Part shown: piece by piece, positions 32,647 through 41,923 of the stretch | Layout: each line of letters opens with the position of its first letter | Position numbering within the stretch: the stretch's first letter is position 1 | Source: an uncultured Rivularia sp. | GTDB lineage: Bacteria > Cyanobacteriota > Cyanobacteriia > Cyanobacteriales > Nostocaceae | Length of the DNA: 64,000 nucleotides | Assembly: GCA_963665115.1 (NCBI GenBank) | Contig: OY762007.1 | Location: forward strand, 3,456,001 to 3,520,000 | Reading direction: 5' to 3' | Made by a program: the position numbers and the translations under genes | The notes under the pieces: model-generated | What the model saw: the letters and a program-made list of their open reading frames with translations, nothing else | Told to the model about the DNA's origin: nothing | Database searches by the model: none

Positions 32647-34115
32647 ATGAACAAAAAAATAATTGGCGATCGCTATCAGGTAATTTACCTACTGGGGAAA
32701 AAACCGGGATACAGAACTGTACTTTGTAGCGACACTCAGACTCAACAATTAGTTGTAGTCAAATTTCTGATTTGGGATGATGATTTAGAATGGCAAAATT
32801 TAAGGTTATTTGAAAGAGAAGCGCAGGTTTTACAAAGTATTTCCCATCCTGCAATTCCTCGTTACTTAGACTATTTTGAAGTAAATAGACCAAATATAAA
32901 AGGTTTTGGTTTAGTACAAACTTATATAAAAGCAGCATCTTTAGAAGAACATTTGCAAGCAGGAAGGACTTTTAGCATCGAAGAAGTCAAACAGCTAGCG
33001 GAATCACTTTTAAAAATTTTAATTTATCTGCATTCGCAACAACCGCAGATAATTCATCGAGATATAAAACCGAGCAATATTCTTTTAACAAATCGCTCTG
33101 GAAACAGTATCGGAAACGTTTACTTAGTTGATTTTGGTTCTGTAAAAACCTTAGCCGCTTCTACTGCTGAAACGATTACAGTAGTTGGAACCTATGGCTA
33201 TATGTCACCCGAACACTTTGGTGGTAAAGTTGTTTCTAAATCGGACTTATACAGCTTGGGAGCAACTTTAATTTATCTTGTGACAGGAATGCATCCTGCT
33301 AATTTACCCCAAGAAGATGGGCAGATTCAATTTGAAAAGCTAACTAACTGTCCCCTGAAGATTTTGCTGGTTGGTTAAAGCGGATGGTTGAACCCGTGGG
33401 AGAATTGCGCTTTAGTTCTGCCAAAACCGCATTGCAAAATTTAAAGCAACCTTCAATTAGTGCTAACTATTTAACCAAGAAGTCTATTAAGAATAAGTTA
33501 AATAGTAAAACAAATTTTAAAAAGCCTTTTGGCAGTAGAATTTTTCTTCATAAAAATAAAAATGGACTAGAAGTTGTATTTCCCGCACAAAAAATTAGCA
33601 ACTTAAAAGATGATTTTATCTATTTGGGAATAAAAATTTTAGCTTCTGTAATAATACTGCCTTTCTTATTCCTGACAATACTTATGTTCTTGAGTACTAT
33701 GTTTTATGGATTAGAGTATTCTATGTCTGCTTTTTCGCTTTCAATTGCATCCATATTATTAATGATATGTTTCGGAATTTTTGGAATTTCTATAGCTTTG
33801 ATAGCAAATCTTATAGATGATTTAATAAAAACATCGATCAAGTTATTTCAAAGAGAACGGTTGCAAATTGACAAAAAGAAACTCTGCTTATCTTTTGATT
33901 GGCTATGTTTCAAATCTTGGTTTATTCGTTCTATTTCTTTAACAAAGATTAATAAACTCGAAAAAATACTTATCGCAGATGATAATTCTAAGTGGGGAAT
34001 TGTAGCTAATATTGGAAGAAATCAATATAATTTAGCGAGCAAAACCGATTTAACCGAAGTCGAAATTGATTGGCTTTGTAGCGAGTTGAGCGAGTACTTG
34101 AATTTGCCGTTATAA
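32647..34115 (+). CDS. Paralogous membrane Ser/Thr kinase; frameshift near 33352
   Basis: HRDIKPSN, DFG, GTYGYMSPEH; frame change at TGTCCCCTGAAG gives EDFAGWLKRMVEP, matching QDFCKWLEQMIEP of the neighbour. Confidence 0.85.
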
Positions 34116-34198
34116 AAAGTTAGTTTGTGATTCATTGAATGTAAGCGGATAAATCGCAAAACATGGGAGACTGTTTATAAATATTACAAAGATAGCTA

Positions 34199-34705
34199 AT
34201 GAATATTCGTCCTGAAACTAAAAAAGACTACTCAGCAGTAGCTCAAATTCATAAATTGGCTTTTGGTAGAGAAGAGGAAGAATTATTAGTTGAGAAAATT
34301 CGTCATTCTCAATACTATATTCCTGAATTGACGCTATTAGCAGAAGTAAATGATACTGTAGTCGCCCATGTAATGCTTAGTTATATAGATTTAGTAAGCG
34401 AAGAAACATTCCAGGTTTTAGGTTTAGCCCCGATAGCAGTTCATCCGGATTTTCAAAACCAAGGAATTGGAAGTGCGTTAGTAAATGCTGGTTTAAGTAA
34501 AGCAAATGTATTAGAACAAACATTAATTATTGTATTAGGTCATCCAGAGTTTTATTCTCGCTTCGGATTTAAACCATCGACCAATTTTGGTATAGAATCT
34601 CCATTTCCCGTACCTGAAGATGCATTTATGGTGAAGCCTTTAAAAAAATATTCTCCCAGGTATAAAGGTAAAGTTGTTTACCCGGCAGCTTTTCATCATG
34701 TATAG
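34199..34705 (+). CDS. GNAT N-acetyltransferase (YhbS-like)
   Basis: LAPIAVHPDFQNQGIGSAL, VLGHPEFYSRFGF. Confidence 0.9.
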   Translation: MNIRPETKKDYSAVAQIHKLAFGREEEELLVEKIRHSQYYIPELTLLAEVNDTVVAHVMLSYIDLVSEETFQVLGLAPIAVHPDFQNQGIGSALVNAGLSKANVLEQTLIIVLGHPEFYSRFGFKPSTNFGIESPFPVPEDAFMVKPLKKYSPRYKGKVVYPAAFHHV

Positions 34706-34961
34706 ATAATAGTTAAAATCAAATTATATTTTCAGCTAAATGTATTTTGCATAGCATCTTTTTTTGAATAATGAACCGTTAAAAAATAAGTTTAAATCAG
34801 TATGAATTAGATATTTTGTAATGATTAAACATTAAAAGTATTGAGAAACACAATGCCTTTGTTATTTGAGTAAAAGTTAGGTGTTTCCACGTATTTTATA
34901 TACTTAACAAAATTAACGAGAACTCTATAATAAAGTAGAACCACAATCAACTAAATCTAAT

Positions 34962-35411
34962 ATGGCTACAGTTAAAAACTTCGACCGTAGCGTAATAGAA
35001 AGCTATCTAACTAACAGAGGATTGCGATTTACTAAAGACGATGACGGTGATTTTGTGGTGCAGTTTCCCTACCAAGAAGAATTAGGGTGTGAAGTCATTT
35101 TAGTCTTTTGTGCTGAGGGACCTCAAGAAGATGTTTATTCCGTTAGACTTATTTCTAATAAGCGCATTCCCAAGGATGAATGGGAACGTATAATGTCTTT
35201 ATGTAACGACTGGAACAAAGAAAAGCGTTTTCCTAAAGCCTTTCTGGACATCAGAATTACCGCTGAAGAAACTCTCGCTATAGTAGTACTCGAACAACAC
35301 TTGCATCTGAATCCTGGCGTGCATCAAGACTTATTCGATGACTGGACTGATATTATGGTTTCCGGTGGATTCCAATTCTGGATTTGGGTACATCAACAGC
35401 ATGGTTTGTAA
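34962..35411 (+). CDS. YbjN-domain protein (T3SS-chaperone-like fold)
   Basis: DDDGDF and LCNDWNKEKRFPKAFL patterns. Confidence 0.7.
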   Translation: MATVKNFDRSVIESYLTNRGLRFTKDDDGDFVVQFPYQEELGCEVILVFCAEGPQEDVYSVRLISNKRIPKDEWERIMSLCNDWNKEKRFPKAFLDIRITAEETLAIVVLEQHLHLNPGVHQDLFDDWTDIMVSGGFQFWIWVHQQHGL

Positions 35412-35575
35412 CTAATATTGTATTTTAAATAGTATTTATAGCTATTAACTGATTCGGTTAATGGCTTTTTTATGCAATTAATTTGAAATTGTATTTAAAA
35501 TAATTTTTCTTAATTGAATACAAGCACAAATTATTTTATACTTAATACCGCGAGAAAGAAGTCATATGTTTTAAG

Positions 35576-36373
35576 ATGCAAAAAAGAAAAATTTTAATTG
35601 TAACCAAAACTTATCCTTCAATTAGCAGGAAATATAAAGAAACAGTTTGTACGGCAGGGGTTTTGCTGAGTGATTCTGAAAAACCGATACAATGGATTCG
35701 TATTTATCCGATTCGTTTTCGCTCTTTAGATTTAGATAAGCGTTATCCTAGATGGTCTATAATTAGTGCTGAGATAGAGAAGAATACAAAGGATTATAGA
35801 CAAGAGAGCTTTAGGATAAATGATTCGTCTATAGAGATTGTCAGAAAAATTAGTACAAATAATAGCTGGGAAGAACGAAAATCATTAGTTCTACCATTAG
35901 AATTTAATTCTGTCAGTGAAATCGCAAATGATGGCAATTCTTTAGGAATCATTAAACCTCAAAGTATTAAAAAGTACTTTTATCGAAACACGAGCCGTGA
36001 ATGGAGTTATAGACAGCAAGCTATTCAAGATCAATTAGATTTATTTGAACCTTCAGTAGAATTAGAAAAAATACCTTATCAATTTTGTTATGATTTTGTT
36101 GCAAAAGATGGTAAGCATCATAAATACTCTATAAATGATTGGGAAATAATGCAATTGTATAGAAATTGTAGAAATAATTCAGATGAAGAAACTCAAGAAG
36201 ACAAAGAAAAAGAGTCTTTAGAGAAAGTAAGACAAAAATTAGAAGATGATTTTTTAAACAACAAAGATTTATACTTTATAGTAGGTAACTTAAAAAATCA
36301 TAAAAACACTTTCATGATTATTGGTTTATTCTATCCCCCGAAATTAGAATTTGAACAGTTAAGTCTTTTTTAA
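35576..36373 (+). CDS. Uncharacterised protein (probable tandem OB-fold family) with two beta-clamp-binding motifs
   Basis: KTYP..ETVCTAG..WIRIYP, DYRQES, SLGIIKP, INDWE motifs; QLDLF at 36032-36046 and terminal QLSLF at 36356-36370. Confidence 0.7.
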   Translation: MQKRKILIVTKTYPSISRKYKETVCTAGVLLSDSEKPIQWIRIYPIRFRSLDLDKRYPRWSIISAEIEKNTKDYRQESFRINDSSIEIVRKISTNNSWEERKSLVLPLEFNSVSEIANDGNSLGIIKPQSIKKYFYRNTSREWSYRQQAIQDQLDLFEPSVELEKIPYQFCYDFVAKDGKHHKYSINDWEIMQLYRNCRNNSDEETQEDKEKESLEKVRQKLEDDFLNNKDLYFIVGNLKNHKNTFMIIGLFYPPKLEFEQLSLF

Positions 36374-36389
36374 TTAATAAAGGTATAAA

Positions 36390-36812
36390 ATGAACAATAC
36401 ACCAACACATACTAGTAACTATATTTTGACCTTTGGATATGGAAATCGTAAAGATTATCAAGAATTTATCGAATATCTTGAGCAATATAAAGTTGCATAT
36501 GTAATTGATGTGAGAATTCGCCCTCGTGCTTGGAGTCGTAAATGGTACGGTGATGGGGTTGAAAAACTTTGTCTTTCAAAAGGAATTAAATATATCTCTA
36601 AATCGGCTTTAGGTAATACATCAGGTAATGCAAAATGGGAACCACCAGATAAGCAAGAAGCTGAAAAATCATTGCAAGAAGTTGCAGAAATTGCTTTTGA
36701 TGGAACTGTTTTATTAATGTGTGCTGAAAAAGATTGGCATCGATGTCATCGTACAGAAGTAGCGAATGAACTTAAAAAGTTAGCGAAACTTCCCGTACAA
36801 CATTTAGTCTAA
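36390..36812 (+). CDS. DUF488 family protein
   Basis: TFGYG, VIDVRxxP, GIKY..LG, LMCAE..CHR signature. Confidence 0.85.
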   Translation: MNNTPTHTSNYILTFGYGNRKDYQEFIEYLEQYKVAYVIDVRIRPRAWSRKWYGDGVEKLCLSKGIKYISKSALGNTSGNAKWEPPDKQEAEKSLQEVAEIAFDGTVLLMCAEKDWHRCHRTEVANELKKLAKLPVQHLV

Positions 36813-36907
36813 TTCGACGTTATTTCATATTTAACCTCCTCTTTTCTCCTACTCCACGCTCTCAGCCTCTAGTAAGCTTTTTTATTCATACATTACCCAA
36901 CTTAATC

Positions 36908-38275
36908 TCAAACAACTTCTGCCGATATCGCACCCATTTTCTCCAATACCGCAGCAACTCGTAAAATCGCCGTTTCGTTATAAGGAGCGGCGATTAATTG
37001 CACTCCCAAAGGTAAAGCATTTTTACGTTGAATTGGAACCGATAAAACGGGTAAACCTATAAATGATAATGGTTGAGTAAATAAACCCAAATGGGGACGA
37101 ACTAATATTTCTTCACCATCTAAAATCATTGTTTCTTGTCCAATTTCCGGTGCTGCAATTGGTGTAGTTGGGGCAATAATTACATCTACATTTTGAAATA
37201 TTTCTCGAACCTTCTCTTTATACCAACTTCTAAATCTTTGGGCTTGAATATACCAACTACTAGGAATAAATGCCCCTGCAATAAATCTATCTCTTGTCGC
37301 AACATCGAAATCTTGGGGACGGGATTTTAATTTATCCAAATGTAAATTTGCGCCTTCAGATGCAGTAATTATGTATGCAGCAGCACGAGCGCGATGAGCT
37401 TCTGGTATGGAAACGTATTCAGAAACATTTAACGCATCGGCAACTTTCTGTACTGCTTCCAACGCTTCCGGTGCGGCTTTTTTGGTGAAATAATCGTCGG
37501 CGATCGCAATTTTTAATCCATCAATATTTTGTACATACGTTAAATGAGACGTTAAATTTAACGTCTCTACATTTTCACCTTGCAAAACATCGAAAGCCGT
37601 TGCAATATCTCTTACCGAACGTGCAAATGGACCAACATGGTCAAAACTGCTGGAAAATAGCACCACACCAGCCCGCGATAGCCTACCATAAGTCGGTTTA
37701 AAACCAAAAACCCCGCATAAAGCAGCAGGCACCCGAATCGAACCGTTAGTATCTGAGCCTAAAGTTAAAGGTACCAAACCAGCAGCCACGGAAGCAGCCG
37801 AACCTCCAGATGAACCACCAGCTACACGGTTCAAGTCGTGGGGATTGTGAGTAGCGCCGTAATGTGAATTCTCGGTAACAAAACCGTAAGCGTACTCATC
37901 CATATTCAAGGCACCGACAAGAATTGCACCGGCATTTTTCAACTTAGTTACAGCAGTTGCATCTTGAGTAGCTGGGGGATTTTCAGCATTGATTTTTGAA
38001 CCAGCAAGAGTAGTTAAGTCAGCGATATCGTAAAGATTTTTGACAGCAAAAGGTACACCAGCCAACAAACCGGGATTATTACCGAGGGCAATTTCTGCAT
38101 CAATTTTGGCTGCATCTTTCAAAGCAGTTTCCGCTGTCACAGTTGTAAAGCAGTTGAGTTGATTATCCCTGGCTGCAATTCTATCTAAAGCAGCTTTGAC
38201 AACATCTACCGCTTTAACTTTTCCTTGCTGTACTGCGGTTGCAATTGATACCGCATCGGCTGAGTCTAAATTCAT
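36908..38275 (-). CDS. AtzE-family amidase
   Basis: GVPFAVKNL, GGSSGGS, GSDTNGSIRVPA; adjacent to an AtzG-like small subunit. Confidence 0.88.
   Translation of the reverse strand: MNLDSADAVSIATAVQQGKVKAVDVVKAALDRIAARDNQLNCFTTVTAETALKDAAKIDAEIALGNNPGLLAGVPFAVKNLYDIADLTTLAGSKINAENPPATQDATAVTKLKNAGAILVGALNMDEYAYGFVTENSHYGATHNPHDLNRVAGGSSGGSAASVAAGLVPLTLGSDTNGSIRVPAALCGVFGFKPTYGRLSRAGVVLFSSSFDHVGPFARSVRDIATAFDVLQGENVETLNLTSHLTYVQNIDGLKIAIADDYFTKKAAPEALEAVQKVADALNVSEYVSIPEAHRARAAAYIITASEGANLHLDKLKSRPQDFDVATRDRFIAGAFIPSSWYIQAQRFRSWYKEKVREIFQNVDVIIAPTTPIAAPEIGQETMILDGEEILVRPHLGLFTQPLSFIGLPVLSVPIQRKNALPLGVQLIAAPYNETAILRVAAVLEKMGAISAEVV
37545..37571 (-). repeat. GTAGAGACG-type palindrome translated inside the amidase
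   Basis: TGTAGAGACGTTAAATTTAACGTCTCA encodes VETLNLTS. Confidence 0.8.
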
Positions 38276-38293
38276 GGTTTGATATTATAAAAA

Positions 38294-38482
38294 TTATGGT
38301 TCAAATATTGGTGCTGCTTCAATATCTTCGGGTAAAGAAAACTCATTGACAAGTTTCGCTATAATTTGAATTCTCTCAAAGTTTGCGACAACTCCATCGC
38401 GGTATTCGTCGGGTAAATCAAAATTTAGTAATAGTGCTGTTTGTTCTACGTATTCGGTTGCGTTGAATTTTTGATCGTTCAT
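38294..38482 (-). CDS. AtzG-like (DUF4089) small amidase partner
   Basis: YVEQTALLL..YRDGVVANF..EAAPIFEP; 18 bp upstream of the amidase. Confidence 0.82.
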   Translation of the reverse strand: MNDQKFNATEYVEQTALLLNFDLPDEYRDGVVANFERIQIIAKLVNEFSLPEDIEAAPIFEP

Positions 38483-38610
38483 TTATTTATTATGTAGAAT
38501 AACATCGAACCCATACCGTTAAATATCATACCCGTGCGTGGCAACAGTTAACCATCCGGAATTTCAAACTTATCTGCAATTCATCAGCGACAAGCATAAA
38601 TGCTGGTGGA

Positions 38611-38838
38611 ATATTAGAATATCTCGCATTTGAGATGATGAAACCAGAGAATTCTACAGATTTTCGATTGTCAATTTCTCGCAATCAAACGGAAGAGATT
38701 TTAAAGGAGTTTATCAAAGGTGAAGTAGAGTTTCCTGGAGATAAAGCGAAAAAATGGTTGGATAGGTTGTTGAAACATTATTTATTACAGAGCAGAGTAT
38801 AGGAATCCGAGCAAGTTGTAATTGAATTTCATCATTAG
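38611..38838 (+). pseudogene. Decayed fragment of a NACHT/HEAT-type NTPase gene
   Basis: One frame reads ILEYLAFEMMK..EEILKEFIKGEVEFPGDKAKKWLDRLLKHYLLQSRV*ESEQVVIEFHH*, resembling the LAFxMM..F-H motifs after NACHT cores; two in-frame TAG. Confidence 0.55.
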
Positions 38839-39025
38839 GGCGATGATTAAAAAAATAAACGATTACTGCAAAAAATGAATTTAAATAAGTCCAAATAAAA
38901 ACATCCTAATGTACGCATAATAAATCAAAAGTAGATGCATTACCGATGCTCAACCAGTGTTTGCACGGTTGCCAGAATAAAAAATAGGTATGATAGCATT
39001 GATTGTTACAATCTAATTTTTATTT

Positions 39026-39727
39026 ATGTCAGAAACTCCTAAATTTGATTTAAGTCGCATCAGGGTTGGTAATGCAATAGGTAAATTTAAAAGAAATGAA
39101 ATAGCCCTTCCAAAAAATAACTTCTCAAATACAGCTAAAGTTGATGAAGTAGCTAGTCAAAAAACTGAGACTCCCGAGATAGTCAAACTTGATGAAGTAG
39201 CTAGTCAAAAAACTGAGACTCCAGAGATGGTTAAAGCTGATGAACTAGCTAGTCAAAAAACTGAGACTCCCGAGATAGTTAAACTTGATGAAGTAGCCAA
39301 TCAGAAAACAAATAATCCAGAGATGGTTAAAGCTGATGAAGTAGCTAATCAGAAAACTGAGGCTCCAGAGATAGTTAAACTTAATGAAGTAGCCAATCAG
39401 AAAACTGAGGCTCCAGAGATAGTTAAACTTGATGAAGTAGCCAATCAAAAAACGACACTTCTTAGCGGAGAGCAAAAAAAACTCAGTGAATCAGCAAAAG
39501 AAATCCAAGCATTACTAGAACCATTACAAACAACTTACCCAACCAATTCTGACTACGAAAAGCAAGTGTTTGTAAATAAATTCAAGGAAGAAATAAGGAA
39601 AAACTATCGCGTTCAAGAAACACTTGTAGCTGGGGGAACTGAGTTAATTAAAATCATCTGTCAGCCCCTAGATATTCCCATTGAAATGGGTAAAAAATGG
39701 TTGGAAACAGCAAAACACTATCGATAA
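39026..39727 (+). CDS. Hypothetical protein with ~7 tandem 16-aa acidic repeats
   Basis: KLDEVASQKTETPEIV-type units (48 bp) at about 39137-39455; C-terminal helical domain LSESAKEIQALLE..TYPT. Confidence 0.75.
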   Translation: MSETPKFDLSRIRVGNAIGKFKRNEIALPKNNFSNTAKVDEVASQKTETPEIVKLDEVASQKTETPEMVKADELASQKTETPEIVKLDEVANQKTNNPEMVKADEVANQKTEAPEIVKLNEVANQKTEAPEIVKLDEVANQKTTLLSGEQKKLSESAKEIQALLEPLQTTYPTNSDYEKQVFVNKFKEEIRKNYRVQETLVAGGTELIKIICQPLDIPIEMGKKWLETAKHYR

Positions 39728-39756
39728 CGATTAAAAACTATTGAGAAACTGATAAT

Positions 39757-39812
39757 TTAGCCCACGCAGGTGGGCTTTGTTCATTTAGCCCCACTCTTCC
39801 AGATTGAGGGCA
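39757..39812. repeat. CCCACGCAGGTGGG-type dispersed palindrome
   Basis: AGCCCACGCAGGTGGGCT plus second hairpin; relative inside modBC at 49931. Confidence 0.7.
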
Positions 39813-39828
39813 ATTTAATTGATAACTC

Positions 39829-41358
39829 TTAATTAATAATTGAAACAGCCCCTGGTCCCAAAGGCAAACCTAGCACAAACCAAATTATAAACAAAATTGC
39901 CCATCCGATCAAAAAAGCTACCGAATAAGGCAACATCAACGAAATCAAAGTTCCTATTTTCAAACTTTTATCGTACCTTTGTCCAAATGCCACCACGACA
40001 GGAAAATAAGGCATCAAAGGCGTAATAATATTAGTAGAAGAATCGCCAATTCTATAAGCAGCTTGCGTCAATTCCGGCGAATATCCCACTAACATAAACA
40101 TTGGAATAAATATCGGTGCCATTATCGCCCATTTAGCCGAAGCGGAACCGACGAATAGGTTAATTAACATACTGACAATGATAAACATTAACATCAGCGG
40201 TACGCCAGTAAATCCCGTTGCTTTGAGAAAATTGGCACCATTCACCGCCAAAATTAAACCTAAATTACTCCAGCTAAAGTAAGCAATAAATTGTGCAGAA
40301 ATAAACGCCAAAGCAATGTAATAACCCATCCCTGCCATAGAATCGCCTAAAGCATTCGCAACATCTTTATCATTGGCAATTTTTCCAGAAAACTTACCGT
40401 AAACAATTCCCGGAATTAGAAATGCTAAAGCAATAATGATAACTATGCTGTCAATAAAAGGCGAAGGAATAATTGTAAAGGTTTCTGGATTGCGTAAAAT
40501 ACCTTGTGGTGGTAAAACTAATGCCGCGATAAACGCTAGAAATATTAATAATGAAAAACCTGCCCAACGCAAACCTTTTCTTTCCGAAGGTGCAAGGGTT
40601 TGCATTGGGATATCTTCATCTTGGTTATAACTTCCCAAACGCGGTTCAATAATTTTTTCGGTAACAAACCAGGCAATTAAAGTAATAAAAAAAGTCGAAA
40701 CTATCATGAAATAATAATTCGCAGTGGCATTTACCTGATAGTTTGGTTTAATTAATTGCGCTGCACTTTGAGACAATCCCGCAAGTAAAGGATCGAGGGG
40801 ATTTATGATTAAATTAGCGCTATAACCACCGGAAACCCCTGCAAAAGCCGCTGCAATACCTGCAAGAGGATGGCGACGGAAAGCTAGAAAAATCACCGCA
40901 CCCAACGGTACAAGCACCACATATCCAGCGTCAGAGGCGATATTGCCCATAACACCAGCAAACACGACAACAGGACAAATAAACCTTCCCGGTGCAATTA
41001 ATACTATTCGTCTTAATAATGCGGAAAGCAAACCCGAAGATTCAGCAACACCCACACCCAACATCGCCACAAGTACGGTACCGAGCGGTTTAAATCCAGT
41101 AAAGTTATTGACTGCCTCTGTGAATATCTTGCGTATACTTTCGGGGGTAAGCAGAGATACTGCTGCAATGTTTTTATCGTTGCTGGGATTGACTACTGAT
41201 ACGTTTAAGAATGATGCGATCGCGCTAACCAGAACAACTAAGATAGATAGTATAAAAAATAGCGTAATCGGATCTGGTAGTTTATTCCCTACTGTTTCAA
41301 TAAAAGCTAGAAATTTATCTACTAAATTGGGTTTATTTTGCTGAGTGCGGTTTGTCAT
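39829..41358 (-). CDS. abgT: AbgT family transporter
   Basis: GNKLPDPITLF, RHPLAGIAAAFAGVSGGYSAN, GSASAKW, YRIGDSSTNIITP. Confidence 0.92.
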   Translation of the reverse strand: MTNRTQQNKPNLVDKFLAFIETVGNKLPDPITLFFILSILVVLVSAIASFLNVSVVNPSNDKNIAAVSLLTPESIRKIFTEAVNNFTGFKPLGTVLVAMLGVGVAESSGLLSALLRRIVLIAPGRFICPVVVFAGVMGNIASDAGYVVLVPLGAVIFLAFRRHPLAGIAAAFAGVSGGYSANLIINPLDPLLAGLSQSAAQLIKPNYQVNATANYYFMIVSTFFITLIAWFVTEKIIEPRLGSYNQDEDIPMQTLAPSERKGLRWAGFSLLIFLAFIAALVLPPQGILRNPETFTIIPSPFIDSIVIIIALAFLIPGIVYGKFSGKIANDKDVANALGDSMAGMGYYIALAFISAQFIAYFSWSNLGLILAVNGANFLKATGFTGVPLMLMFIIVSMLINLFVGSASAKWAIMAPIFIPMFMLVGYSPELTQAAYRIGDSSTNIITPLMPYFPVVVAFGQRYDKSLKIGTLISLMLPYSVAFLIGWAILFIIWFVLGLPLGPGAVSIIN

Positions 41359-41828
41359 TAACAGTTATCAATTACCAATGAACAATTATCAACATTATGC
41401 GATTTTGATAGTTGTAATTGGTATTAAGCATTTTGTCAAATATTTTGTCAAATATATAATAATTTTTTCTTTTACTTATTCTCTTACTCGCAACTAATCC
41501 CCATTGCTAGCTAAAGCCAAAGGAAGATTATAAGCAAGTGTTTCCGTTCATAAAAGACTTAGTTCTAAATTAGGTGTATCAATAAATAAATCAACTTTTT
41601 CGTTAGTCGTTAAGCCAAATATGTCTTTAACACTTGCTAAAGTAAATTCACTGTATAACATGGGAACATCCTTTAACAAGCGCAATCAATACCTTAATCA
41701 AGATTACTGGATATATACGGAAAGAGATGCAAAATGAAAGCTTTTCGTCAATAGGTAATAAAATAAATACAAATATCTCTTTAAATCTCTTTCCTCAGCA
41801 GATAGTTATTGCAAATAAAAAACAGATG

Positions 41829-41880
41829 GTAGTGGGAGCATCTTGCTCCCTAGTCCGAGGGAGCAAGATGCTCCCACTAC
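41829..41880. repeat. Inverted pair of GTAG-type REP-like palindromes
   Basis: GTAGTGGGAGCATCTTGCTCCC-TAGTCCGA-GGGAGCAAGATGCTCCCACTAC, perfect arms. Confidence 0.85.
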
Positions 41881-41923
41881 GAAATTTAATTGGATTACTA
41901 TTCTCCACGCCTAGTCAGGTTTT

